Below, in pieces: positions 26,530 to 39,744 of a stretch of 64,000 bases of DNA; positions within the stretch are counted from its first letter, which is position 1, and the number at the start of each line of letters is the position of its first letter. Origin of the DNA: Eledone cirrhosa (taxonomy: Eukaryota); contig OZ024743.1 in the NCBI GenBank assembly GCA_964016885.1, positions 189,162,001 to 189,226,000 on the forward strand, given 5' to 3'. Position numbers and translations under genes: made by a program. The notes under the pieces are model-generated. The model was not told the origin of the DNA. It made no database searches and was given only the letters and a program-made list of their open reading frames with translations.

Positions 26530-26790
26530 ATGGCCTACTGGTTAGTATGTTGAACATACGATAGTAATGTAGTGGGTTCAATTCCTGAACCAGGTTATGT
26601 CGTGTTCTTGAGCAAAATACCTCATTTCAACATATGCTCAATTGAATATTAGTACCAGTATTATTTGGGAGCTTAACCCTACAATGGACTGGGTTCCTGT
26701 CCAGGGGATGTCCTGTACTCTCAATTACTTAATGCCAAGGAAATCAGGATAAACACTAGCCTAATCAGCATCTGGGCTTGAGATATACGT
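26530..26790 (+). mobile_element. Older tRNA-derived SINE (B-like head, GGACTGG..CCTGTCCAGGG core)
   Basis: Degenerate A/B boxes, TTCTTGAGCAA core; 3' part similar to the 34055-34278 copy. Confidence 0.65.
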
Positions 26791-28834
26791 TAGACTTGAT
26801 GCCATTGTTTTGCACAAGCATTGTTGCTATTTGGATAGGAAAAAAAGATAACAACCGTTTACCAACTATGTGTATAATGTGAATATCAAGAGCTTTGCCA
26901 AAGACATAACATCATATGTTTTATGAAATACAAGCCCTTGATTTTTCAAGGCAGTGAGCACCCAGTTTAATAACAATATACTTTCAGATTGACTTATTGT
27001 TTTGTAATAAACAACTCATCCATTACATGATAATATGCTAACCTTCATTTCTTTAACAGTCTGATGGAATTAATTTTCCAGAGATAAGGATGATGAAAAT
27101 GTACATGCATACTAATGCACATCATGGACTTCTATTACCTCTATCAAGATAGAGACATGTATACCAAGATATATTGTGTACATTACATGTTTAAATTTAG
27201 ATCATGTAGTTAGCAATATATGTTGTTGTTATCAATATAATTGTCAATGATATGTGTGCTAGTTTATACATATATAAATATATGTTGTGTACATGTGACT
27301 ATACAGACAAGTTCTATTTCCATTGTAGTATTCTTAAATAAACAGAGAATTGTAACTGGGTTCCATCCTGCAAAGTGGATGACATTTGCTTCAGTCCAGG
27401 GAAACTGATCAGAACAGATTTAATTATCTGTCAAATACTATATTAAAATTATATCGTAAATATATTGTCTAGTTGACATTTTGATTAGATTCCCTCTGGA
27501 AATAAGACTGCAATTATGTGTATTCCTCAATATGAATGAAAGCTGTAGAACGTGGATTTGTACATTTGCTAAGTAATTGGAAAAGAGCATGTAATATTCT
27601 TTGCAACCAAGTTAAATTTTGCAATAAAACGTCTAGTAAAGCTAAGATATGATAGCAATTTAATATTTAGCATTAAATTACATTTAGTATATCTATAAAT
27701 TTCCAGCATACTATCTTTTTCTTTATGGTCCCAAAACTCTGAATAAAGTCATTGGGATACTATCATGATAAACAAAGTATCTTAGGTACTTTAAACTTGG
27801 CAGAAGGCATTGCTTCTCTAGGCTTGAACATAGCTGACTTCTTCTACAGAAGGAAAGAAGAAGTGAGAGATACGGGGGAAGAATAGATCACAATATTGTA
27901 GTTGTACTATTTCTAAGGACCTTGCAGAGATGAAAATCAAAGTTGACTTTGGTGGGATTTGAACTCAGAGAGTACAGAGAGCTGAAATGAATATTGCAAA
28001 GCAATCTTTCTCACATTCTAATGATTCTCCAAGATAATTTATGAAGGTTATAATTTTTTGTAGATATTTTCTTTAAATCATCTAAATAATTCTAGAATTG
28101 TACTTGTCTGGCAAAAAAGATGCTGTGATATTGTGTCATTGGCTTGGTAAGTCACAGGTGAGTGACAGTTTTGACACTTCATAATACACTATGCTTTTAA
28201 GAAATAAACAAAGATGAATATAACAGTTTTCGTGCATTCTTGAATAATGTTAAAATCAACCAATGAATTGAAAATCATTACATTGTTTGTTACCATACTT
28301 GATCATTTACCAACACTGGTAAGAGTAAAATCAAAGTAAACACTTCAAATCCAGAGGAAACTAATAGAAAAGTTAAAATGCCGCAAAGCTTTTGTCTGCT
28401 GTTCTATAGATTTTGCCAATGAAAAAGTAAAATAAATAGAATCCATCTACGAAGGTTGATCCATTCAATTCGATTCCTTCTCTTCAAAGTTTGGTTCTTT
28501 TTCCCCAATGTAAGAAATGATTATTTTAAGCCTCTTTTCTAAAGCTATGTTATTTACTGAAACAAGATTTTTCTGTTTCATTCATATATATGTTTCCTTT
28601 GAATTAAGAGATGTTTACATGTGCACACCAAATAGGTTTCTCTTCTTTTATTGCAAAACATTTAAATAACATGTGAAGAATAGATCTAATCTCACATCTT
28701 CTGATGCTAAATTTAATATATGTATCAAATATTCAAATTGCCTTCACTCTAAAAATGGAAAAGGTTATATTTTTTCAACTCTGTAAAAGGAAATATTAGT
28801 ATTTCTGTTGTTGTTATTATTATTATTAGTAGTA

Positions 28835-29052
28835 CTGTGAGCTTTCATGGTACAACAAATTTGTGTCTTTGTGTGTGTTTAAGGTGTGTGCCATGTTTTA
28901 TTTTTATTTGGGGAAGTTGTTTCTTTTACAGGTTTATTTTCTCAACCAATTTTATAAATTTTATTTTACACAAGGAAAAACCCACATTCTATCGTCCTGT
29001 ATTGTCTTTAATGTTTCCTTAATATGAGCCCTGTGTGGTTAATAAAGAAATC
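28835..29052 (+). mobile_element. 3' UTR fragment of a related Tx1-like LINE, in (ATT)n
   Basis: Ends GAGCCCTGTGTGGTTAATAAAGAAATC + ATT-rich run, resembling the 15525-15551 LINE end; (ATT)n also 5' at 28814-28828. Confidence 0.6.
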
Positions 29053-29117
29053 ATAATTATTCATATTATTATTATCATTATTATTATTATCGTTATTATT
29101 GTTAGATCTAGTAGTTA

Positions 29118-29326
29118 AGGTAGTAGATTGGCATTATCGGTAAAGCATTGGAAAAGATACTTTGCAGAATATAGTTGCAGCCCTTTATATTCTGACTTCA
29201 AAACCCGCTTTGTCTTTTATCCTTACACAGTCAATCAAATAAAGTCCCAGTTATGCACTGGGCTCAATTAAATTGACTTTCCCCATCCCTTCAAATTGTT
29301 GGCCTAGTGTCGAATGTAGAAACAAG
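29118..29326 (+). mobile_element. SINE family A, diverged
   Basis: Degenerate head, core and tail. Confidence 0.7.
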
Positions 29327-31160
29327 TAGGGATAGTATTTTAACCAGGAAACATCAAGTAAAATTATTTAGATTCACATTTGTTTTGTTTCTTTTGATGT
29401 TAAATCAAAACACTCCAATGTTTTTATGATTCTTGTTTTCGTTTTCTTAGTTTCAGCTGTATTTGTTTAACATGGGAGAATCTCTCTAGATTTAGAATAG
29501 TTTGATGATATTTTGTTTTCCATATTGAAAGTTTACATAGATTGTCAAGTGTTACAAAATAATAGGAAAAAAGGGCAGCTGATACAAAGGTATAAAATGA
29601 CAGATAAATATAAATGCAGAAATATATCTATTGAAAAGATATTCTTGGATATGTTATGTAAAACAGGAGAAAACATGTAAGGAATGTGGTAAATCAGTTT
29701 CAAAACATTCTAAGTTTAGAAACCATAACAATACTTGAACATTACTTCTCAATGTTAGGGGCTGAGTTGTATCAATTTTTGAACAACATATAAATTTATT
29801 CTGTACACCCACACACATACACAGATACATGCACACACAGGTTGATGAGATGTTACAATCTAAATGACTATTAAGGCCATTATTCAACTTAGTACTCCAC
29901 CGTACTTTAATGAAACTAGAAGCTTTGCAGGAATTTGATGATGATAACAATACAATCATTTTTTCTATGGCAAATACAAAAACAACAATAATTTAAAAGG
30001 AAAAGCCGGCACCAGTCTATTTTTAAACTAGTCCTGCTGACATTTACCAGGACAAAACAAGGAGTATCATTCACACAACAACAAAATGAAAGAAAAAAAT
30101 GACAAACAGCCGCAATAGCACCCACACCACCACCACCACAGAAAGATTTATTGCAGTATGGTACTATTGTTCACAAAATGCATGATATGAGAATTAAGTA
30201 AGGTTTACATTACCTTAGTTGTATAACTTTTTGAATCTATTGATGATGGATGAACATTTCTACAGACAAACCTATAAGGAAAAACGTATTTAGATTTAAT
30301 TGAAACATTATGATTTATGACTGTAATACAATTCATAATTTTCTATTTTCATTCAACTTTCTACAAACATAATATTCCATATATATATATTTTTTTAATG
30401 TAGACATTGCCTATATTGGCATGCAAAGTAACATTAGTTATCAAACATCTGGATGAATTTTACTAGTTTTGACATTTGTTGAAGTCAGCATTGTATGGTT
30501 CTTAATGCAAGATCATAACGCCAACATAGATTGCCAGTATCCAAGAAGGTTTCTGTTCAAAAGCTATATTTTGAATGCTTTCAGCTACTATATCAACTTC
30601 CTTTTATAAGTTAATTTAATAGCTATCTCCTTCAGAAAAAGATTGAGAAGTATGATTTCTTAATCAACATCATCATCGCCATCATCATTGTGATCATCAT
30701 CATCACCATTTAACAGCTATTTTCCATGCTTGCATGGGTTAATCTATTTACATAATGGTTATTACATTTAGAAAACCTCTTAAAATTAATAATATATTGC
30801 TCAGCAATCATAAATGAGATTACTTAATATATCTTTTAATAATATTCACCTGTTTCATAACTATTGCTATATTTATTCTCACCATCATCATCATCATCAA
30901 TATTACTATTGAAATATATATTTTCACATTTCGAAATCTGATTGAAAAACAATAACAAATAAGTATAAAAAAGAAAATAGTCTCAGCAAAACTAAACACA
31001 GTAAAAAAGTAAAAAAGTAAAATTCTGTGATTCTTTGATTTTCAAAAGTTTTGATATTCCTTTAAAGTCAGTTTGATTTTTGCTAATGTTTAAGTTGTTG
31101 TTTTTTTTAGATGGATTTATTTTCACAACAAAAGAACATTTCTTTCCATTTTCCTCACAG

Positions 31161-31261
31161 AAATGTCTGCACTAAATAATCTTCCATTTTCTAATTGCAA
31201 ATTCCTCTAAAAATGCACTGATTTCAGACGGAATTTAATCTTTGATCGATCTATTTTGCTG
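31161..31261 (+). other. Candidate non-coding (UTR/lncRNA) exon
   Basis: Strong acceptor TCTTTCCATTTTCCTCACAG and donor G|GTAAGG around 101 nt of unique sequence; stops in all three frames. Confidence 0.3.
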
Positions 31262-33232
31262 GTAAGGATCTTTGATATTTTCTTCATGTATCCACATTTT
31301 AAGATTTATTATATTCTTATTGTATTGATTTCAAATTCTTGAAATTAATTCCTTAATAAAATAGAAGAATAATTGACCTTTATTTAGGCTTATCAATTTG
31401 TTTATTTCTCTCCCCCTCATTCTCTTCCTTTACCCTTTTCTCCTTATCTTTTCTTGGATTTTCTAGTTTATTTTGTTTTGTCTGATTCTGTGTGTGTGTT
31501 TTTCAATCTCTTCCTTTTTCAAATTCATCTGTTCCTTTCTTTTTATTCCTGACAATCTCTCTCTTCTCCTTTTTCTTTTATTGTTGAAAGACTATTTTGC
31601 TGAATGTATTTTCAGACTTTCATCGATTTGCAGTCATTTAATCACTTTCACTATCTGCTGTTTTAAATTTTCTATGTATATGTCTTTCATCTTTCTATAT
31701 GCTTGTATTCATGTGTCTCACCCAACAGTCTGTCATTACTGTCACTTTTCTTCTTTGATACTCTATAGTTTTACTTTGGTTATTTATATAATAGCTTCGT
31801 ATTTTCTACTACATAACCCTTTTTGGTCCTTCTTGTAATATATCTGCTTATTTAACAGACTATCTTCCTCACCCAGTCTCTATTTTCTTTCATTCTCTTC
31901 CTTCATAATTTGTCTTTCCATTTCTTCAATCATGCCTTCCACCCACCCCCTCTCTCTGTCACACACCCATACCCATATTCTCTCCCTTGTTCTCATCTAA
32001 ATCTCTTTTTCTACTCTTTTAATTTGATTTTCTTATTTCCCAACCATCTCGTTTTTAAACTCCTCTCATCCATTCTGTCTAGTTCCTCTTTCTCTGCCCT
32101 CTTCTGGAATTTTTTAAAGATCTTACATCAATATTAAATCCATTTTAAAATAAACCCATAATAACAATGAGATTAAATTTATAAATGACAAGTTTTCTTG
32201 GTAATTGCTTCTGAGTTTCAGCATCAGCAGATATTATGATTTTTGTGAGTTATGTAACTAGTACACAAATGAAATTTCTCTCTCTATGTAGTGTATTTAA
32301 ACTTTCAGTACCGAACCGTCCAAAAACAGCTCTGGTCCAAAGAAAGAAAAGCATCAATTTGAAAGGGTTCTAATTTGAATAAAAAGCTTCCCACATAATT
32401 ACATATAAGAACCTTATATTAAGTTATTATCTGAATAATGAAATATTTAATAATTTTAGTAAATCCGTTAAACATTTTCATTTACAATCGAAATAGAGTG
32501 TATTTCATTATGAATTTTGATCATGAAGGGGTTAAGGTAGATTCAGTTTGATGGAGGCCAATATCTATATTTAATAGTATTATACAAGTGGTAGTATACA
32601 GTGATATTTACGTTGTGATGCAATTTGCAATATTATATTTACAAGTATGATGCTGCTGCAATTCCGAGCATTGTTCACAACATTTTCTAATTTGATTTTA
32701 TATTTACAGCAATATCAGTATTTTACAGTGTTTTAAATAATGTAGTTTACAACAACTATATTATTTTACAATATGGTAAAGGTTTTAGTTTACAAATATA
32801 GTTTTACTTCAATTTCAAAGGAATAATAAAATTTACTCTTAACTTGTTCTGTATTTGATTTATTTTCTTTTTACCCACACTATTTCTCAGTTTCCCTTTC
32901 TGATTGCTTTCTCCCTGGAATTTTATTATATTCAAAGTCTACATACAGAAAACTAATATAAAAATACACTAAGGATTTTAAGATAAACATAAGGTAAATA
33001 TAACAACCATTTTGGAATGGGAAGTCTTATCTGTGAAAGGAATAGAGCATAAAAGGCATTCTCTATATTCTGTATGATATATATAGCACTGCTATAGAAA
33101 TATTTATCTGTATACAAAATCATAAGGGTAGCTTTTCTATGTTGGAGAGACAAAAAATTCTGAAATGAAAGCTAAGGCTTCTAATTGAAAAAATATAGTT
33201 ACTTCTACCATAAGTTTAAGTTCAAATCTTTA

Positions 33233-33285
<53 letters not shown>

Positions 33286-33286
<1 letters not shown>

Positions 33287-33799
33287 TTAGGATTGGTGCT
33301 CTGAAATAGCGATGTATACATGAATGTATGTATATTATATTTGGTGATATACTGTATGTTTAATTAAGAACATTTTGAAGACCTTGCGCTATCATTTTAA
33401 AGTAGTGACTATGTCACTTACTTGTTTTTTCAGCAAAAGAAGGGAGATAAGCTGAAAGATGTTTCACGGTGTTGGTGTTCATCAGAGCCTAGTACTCGCT
33501 GACCTCTGCCGAAAAATATAGAGGCTGGATTCTTATAGAATTCCAATAATAATCAGGAACTGGTTATACAGATCGATTGCTAGTCCAGCAAAAATTAAAA
33601 ATTAGGATTGGTGCTCTGAAATAGCGATGTATACATGAATGTATGTATCCTTCCTTTGCTGAAAAAAGAAGTAAGTGACATAGTCACTACTTTAAAATAA
33701 TACTGCATGGTCTTCAAAATGTTTTTAATTAAACATACAGTATATCACCAAATATACTATCATACATTCATGTATACATCGCTATTTCAGAGCACCAAT

Positions 33800-33843
<44 letters not shown>

Positions 33844-33854
33844 ATTGGTGCTCT
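33286..33854 (-). mobile_element. Non-coding hammerhead-containing repeat unit (retrozyme-like or solo PLE pseudo-LTR) with terminal redundancy and an inverted copy
   Basis: 315-bp unit 33286-33600; first 48 bp repeated at 33601-33648; inverted partial copy 33648-33802; 14-bp copy 33841-33854; flanked by (TA)n. Confidence 0.65.
33449..33490 (-). ncRNA. Type-I hammerhead ribozyme motif
   Basis: Minus strand TAGGCT-CTGATGA-AC(accaacacc)GT-GAAA-catctt-TC-AGCTTA: 6-bp stem I, intact core, 2-bp stem II, weak stem III. Confidence 0.65.
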
Positions 33855-34054
33855 ATGTATATATATATATATATATATATACATACACACATAAAGATTT
33901 GAACTTAAACTTATGGTAGAATTAACTATATTTTTTCAATTAGAAGCCTTAGCTTTCACTTCCTTCATTTCCACATTGCTCATCCAGATTCTAACCGGGC
34001 CTAAACCAGTATACAAAGGCAGATTCACCCTCCTTTCCTCATCCAAATAATAAA

Positions 34055-34278
34055 GTTTATCTTGAGTCCAGAGGCTCATCAGGTCAGTGCTTATCCGGGT
34101 TTTCAGGACATTAAATGACTGAGAGTATAAGATTCTTCCCTGGACAGGATGCCAGTCCATCACAGGGTTAAATCCCCAGCTATTGCTGGTACTCCTTTTC
34201 AGCTGAGTATCTTGGAGCAATGTAAACTCATGACATGATTCCAGTTCAACAATCTTACCAATAGGCCACATGCCTCCA
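34055..34278 (-). mobile_element. Older tRNA-derived SINE
   Basis: Minus strand head GGAGGCATGTGGCC and core GATGGACTGGCATCCTGTCCAGGG..GGATAAGC. Confidence 0.7.
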
Positions 34279-35697
34279 CCATACAATTCATGCCAGTATG
34301 GAAAACGTAGCATGCCCAGCTTGATAAAAGAAAGAAAAGTGCCTAGTCCATTCTGTAAAGTGGCACCATGATAAAATGCTTGCTTGGAGGTAGGGAGGGT
34401 ATCCAGCCATAGAAACCATGCCATTATGGAATGTATGAATGTGGTTACCTGTCTAGACTTATCTCAAAAGATGATCTAACTCATACAAGCATAGATTAGA
34501 TAAGGCTAATGATGAGGATGATTACGAAGATGTTCTCCCTTTACACCCATTACCACATCCCTTATTCTTTTCTTTTCAACCTGTGACTGATTGAAAAGCC
34601 ACCACATGCTCCAATATGCTAATATATCCAACTCACTCTCTTAAAGGCCACGCCCATGACATGAAGCTTGCTCTTTTACTGAGGGATGACCACCTTCCTT
34701 AGAAAGCAACATATAGCTCCCTTCCCTCTCATTACTGCCCCCCCCCCCCCCCAGCTAAACCAAGGACACAATGATAACTCTAGTGTGATATGAGGTAATA
34801 CTGGAGACATGAGAAAATACATCCAACACACTCAGTGAGGTGTCAGTGATGGTGCATGATAAAATGCATCCAGTCCAACCTGTAAAGTGATAGTGCTATG
34901 ACAAAAATCATTCAATCTAGCCTGTAGGATGTTAGTGTTGGTGTCATGATGGAATCACCTTGTCCACCCTGTCAGGTGGAAGTGCTGCTGCCAAAAAAAA
35001 ACTATGCATAGTATATATATTGTAAATTGGTCAGCATGAGGAAAGACTTCCAACCATAGAAAACCGATCTAAACATTTTAGTTGCATACTAACTTGGTTT
35101 GTGATAACCTGTCCAACCCAGCCTAACAGGTAAAACAAACATTAAATAATGATGATAACAATGATAAAATAGAGTGAATTTCCTAACAGTTGATAATCAT
35201 TGATTATTCTACAGTTTCTAAACTAATTCATGCATATTAGGATTTAATATCTTGTCTATGGCTTTTGAATACTCATAATATCTACATCAGCTACAAAGAT
35301 ATCAGCAGTCATATATTTGATGTTTATGCCACAATCACTTGCAGAGTTAAGGGAAGTCATGCAGTGGTATTTATATGAAGGATGTCACATGTGAGTTTGA
35401 GACACAACTATACACAGGCATTATTGTAATTAATTACTATATTTCTTCTATAATTCTCTGCCAATTAAAATTATTGCTGACAATCTTGTGTCTATTTGAA
35501 TGACTGATTTATAAGTTTGAATATGAATACCAGTTTAAAAGTAGACAGCAAAGACAGCAGCAGATTAAGAAGTATACTATTATACACTATAGACGTTAAT
35601 GCATCATAATAAAAGTTTTAATTTAAGAAAACTTTTAAGACAGAACTATACAATTATATAAATATACACACATATAGGCATATATGTATGTATCTAT

Positions 35698-35856
35698 GGA
35701 GCAAGAAACACTGGTCGTCCCAAGAAGACATACATCAAGCAACTTGAGGGCGATACTGGATGCACTGCGGAAGAACTGGCAAACGCTATGAGAGACAGAG
35801 ATGGATGGAGGAAACGTATCGAAGAAAGGCGAGCAAGCTCGACCTGATAATGATGT
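35698..35856 (+). mobile_element. RTE-clade LINE extreme 3' fragment
   Basis: Translates GARNTGRPKKTYIKQLEGDTG..AMRDRDGWRKRI..* followed by a TGA-type tail. Confidence 0.75.
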
Positions 35857-37312
35857 ATGTATCTTTATATCTTTACTTATTTAATTATATATCTAACATA
35901 TATACATCACCATCATAATTGTTTGCACAGACTTTTCCATGCTGATAAGGATTAGGCAGGATGTTTGGCAATGTTATAGAGCCTGATGCCTTTCTTGACC
36001 CCAAGCATTTTAAACATATTTCACTACATAGACGGATATGTTGTAGCTGTTCTAAACCAAACACACAGCCATATATATATATCATCATCATCATCATTGT
36101 ATCGTTAACTTCCATTTTCCATGCTAGCATGGGTTAGACAGGCTGTCCCATTAGAGGCAAGAGGCAAGTTGAGTCATGTGACCATGGCCTGCTCATATAG
36201 AACTGTTTATTTATATATATATATATATAAATATTAGACCCAATCAGTTATAGCAGTTCATGGGTATTCACTTAAAAGTTCCTTCCCAATGGCAAAGTGT
36301 TTTGTGAAAGATTAGCAGTCACCAATGCATGCAGCACGTTTCTCACCACGTCACCAACATGGTACAAGAGAAAAGCCAATGCTGATACATTTTGGCACAA
36401 ATAACAATACAGGCAAACTGGAGCAATGTGAAATTAAGTATTTTGATCAGATACAACCTGCCAGCTGAATGAATCAGAAGCAAGACCTTATGACCAGGAG
36501 CGTAATACCTATCCACTATTTTATCTACATAATATTTATATACATTATCATATCATCAATTGATAATGATATCATATTTATATGGAAGTTATGGAGTAGG
36601 GAGATCTAGGAAGCCTTGGGATGAGGTGATAAAAGCTGACCTTGCATAATACCACCTCTCAAAGGTGATGACATAGGATCGAGATCTCTGGCATTATGCA
36701 GTAATTCAGAAGACTTGCCTTCCCATGTGCACGGTGTGAATCTTAAATCTAGTAGGCACCAAATAACCACGACCTTCCCTTCCATCAACATGACCCACCT
36801 TTAACAAAAGAAGTAGTGCTGCAGCCTGGATCTACTTCTCAATTCCCCACACACCTTTACCCCAACCACCGATCAATATGTAAAATGGTCGTTTTCGCGT
36901 CACAAGTTCCTTCAGATTGACAGTCAATCCTAGGGCAGTGCAAGCATCAGAAAATGCATTCGAAAGGTGTTGCCTATCAATCTCTCTGTGTGCACTACAA
37001 AATCGAATACATCTGCATACAGAAGGTCTCTTATAATAGAGGTAAATACTTTTGTTTTTGCATCAAAGCGCCTGATGTTAAATATGCTGCCAGAGTTTCA
37101 ATAGTAGATGTAAACACTATGCTTCAATCCTTGTATATACTGTGTGGGTGTGTAAATGTACATAGTGGGGTATGTGTGGGATTGGTTGCATGTACATGTG
37201 TATTTATATATATACACACACACATATATATATATACACATTTATATATTTATGTATATATATATATATGTGTATACGTATATATAAATTTCCATGTATA
37301 TATAAATATGTA

Positions 37313-37350
<38 letters not shown>

Positions 37351-38676
37351 TGCATATAGTTAACATATACTGAATAGCTTAGAAACTTTGGAGACAGAAA
37401 CCACATTATAATAATAGAATAATAGTAAAAACAAGATTGAAGAGACTAATGGAGACATTCATTGATTTTACACATTTACTCAGAATGATAACTTTCCTAC
37501 AAATTTGAATTCTATATTCTGAGATACATCAATATCTGGGTAAAAGTTGATAAATTCCTTTGATAAGATGAATAATTCTTTTAAGATTTCTATAGGGTAA
37601 AACGGAGGAAATATACATTGATGTGCCAATAAAATATTTTGTATATATCTGTCTCTTTATTGGATATTCTTACAATAGCTAGAAATTTGGAAGAAAAGAG
37701 ATGGCTGCTAGCAAGTCATATTGTTTGGTAGATCCACTGGGGGAAGAAATATAGAAACTTCTAGACAACTGGATATGAATAATGCTACAGAAATTAGCTA
37801 TGGTAAGATACTTCAAGACAATGACTGAATATAGAAAAGGCTCTGTCTTTGGTTTGGAAGAAACAGAGTTTGGTTGCTATATAAAGAAATGTTTGAAAAG
37901 AAACAGCAATAACAAAAGTTATAGCTTTCTGCTTACTGTTTATTGGATTAAATACTTACCAATAAAAGATTCAAGATTAGAATGTTTAGTTGTCCCTGAA
38001 TTCACGAGATATTGATAAACAGAAATTTTCACCAATTTTATTATATTATTCATTCTTTTATTTAGTCATAGTTGTGTCTGTAGGTGTTTAGATGTTCCTA
38101 CTCATTTACTTTTATAGATAAACTTTTTGCTAGTTTGCTTTCCAATGATTCCATTTATGTGTATTTTTCTAGCCTCATGCAAACTGGAGCCCAATGTTTA
38201 AACATATATCCATCCATGGGTCTTGAAATCCTAATATTGTGTGTGTGTGTTTGAGAGAGGGAAAAAGAAAGATGAAGAATCAACTCTAGTAGTTGGTAAA
38301 TACATTATCAATATAAAAGGGGTGAAAGGCAAAGCTGACCTCAACAAGATTTGAACGTAGAGTGAAGAATGCCAAAATGAATATTTTAGTGGTTAATCGG
38401 TCCATCCTTGTGCACCCCACCACACATGGTGTACATGTATATCATCATAATTATCTTCCTTCTCTATCTCCTCCTCCACTCAGAGCAGAGAGCTCTCTCC
38501 GGTTGGGCTAAAGACATCTATGGTGCTGGTGCCACGATAATATTCACTTGGTAGAGTGTGGAATTGTATGAAGAGAAAATGTGGGCCACAGGCCCATCTG
38601 AGGGGGATATTAGCCCTATTTGAGTACTGACATTGTCAGTGAAGACTCCTTCAACCCTTCAAGGAAAACAGCCATT

Positions 38677-39007
38677 ATGGCTTAGTGGTTAGAGCATTGG
38701 CCTTGCAATCGAAAGGTTGTGAGTTCAATTCTCAGATCAGGTGATGTGTTTCCTTGAGCAAGACACTTTATTTTACATTGCTCCAGTTTACTCAGCTGTA
38801 GAAATGAGATGATAGGGGGTTGGGTCCATATAATTCCACTGCAAAGTGGTCGTGGAGGTGCCACGGCAAAAGAAAACCACCCAGCACTCACTGTAAATGA
38901 GGTTGGTGTTAGGAAGGGCATCCAGCTGTAGAAATCAAGCCAGAATCAGTTCCTGTCCGACCCTTGCAAGCAGGAAAAAAGCGGACGTAAAATGAAATGA
39001 TGATGAT
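38677..39007 (+). mobile_element. tRNA-derived SINE family B, near full length, with RTE-like 3' tail
   Basis: A/B boxes, CCTTGAGCAAG core, GGTTGGTGTTAGGAAGGGCATCCAGCTGTAG segment, and a tail matching the RTE 3' end at 49748-49800. Confidence 0.85.
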
Positions 39008-39710
39008 ATATATATATCTATATATATTTATATATTTATGTACATATATATTTGTGTATGTACACTTGTGGCTAAGATGTGGGTTTTTACTAAAATGTCT
39101 AAAACATGAATAAGGCCATTTGACTTATTTACTGAATTGTACTCTAGGTTTGAAATTGGTAGCATTCATTAATACACACACACACAGATGCAAATTATTG
39201 AGTATGTTGAACTGGTTGGTCATTGTAGTATTCATTCTATTTGAATATCAATATTGTAAATATAGGCTGATGATGTATCATATGAAAACAAAACTAACTT
39301 CCACTGTGAAACATGTATATTTTTCTATAAGTTGGGTGTAATTTTAATGCCCATAAGATGCTATATTTTTTGTCAAAACCACTAGTTAATCTTTTTGTCT
39401 CAGGCATAAAACAAACAGCCTTAGCAGCTCTGAAGCTTTGCTAGATTTCACTGGCACTGTTTGTAATTATTTTTGTATGTATTCATTTGATTTAACCACA
39501 ACTGCAAGTTAAGTTTCAAACAGTATTATGTGAATGTAAACAAGTCAAATGGTGAAGCCAAAATATTATAAACACAAACTTACTCAATATGAGCGTATAT
39601 ATATATGAAAATGTTCAATACCCTGACGGCCTATTACCCACTCTACTGCCCTAAGTATTGAGTACTCTGGTGCATTATGGTCCATCTGGTTCCTTACCAC
39701 ACTTCCTTTG

Positions 39711-39744
<34 letters not shown>

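Noticed and set aside
33289-33802. Simple MITE with ~155-bp TIRs
   Set aside because: A MITE would not explain the internal 48-bp direct terminal repeat, the inverted flank copy or the hammerhead in the spacer.
34070-34090. CTGATGAG on the minus strand as a hammerhead
   Set aside because: It lies in a SINE 3' end with no GAAA or closing stems. Lone cores at 2715, 18451, 49476 and 53222 fail the same way.
38677-38750. tRNA gene
   Set aside because: A/B boxes are present, but there is no closed acceptor stem and the sequence runs into a repeated SINE body.
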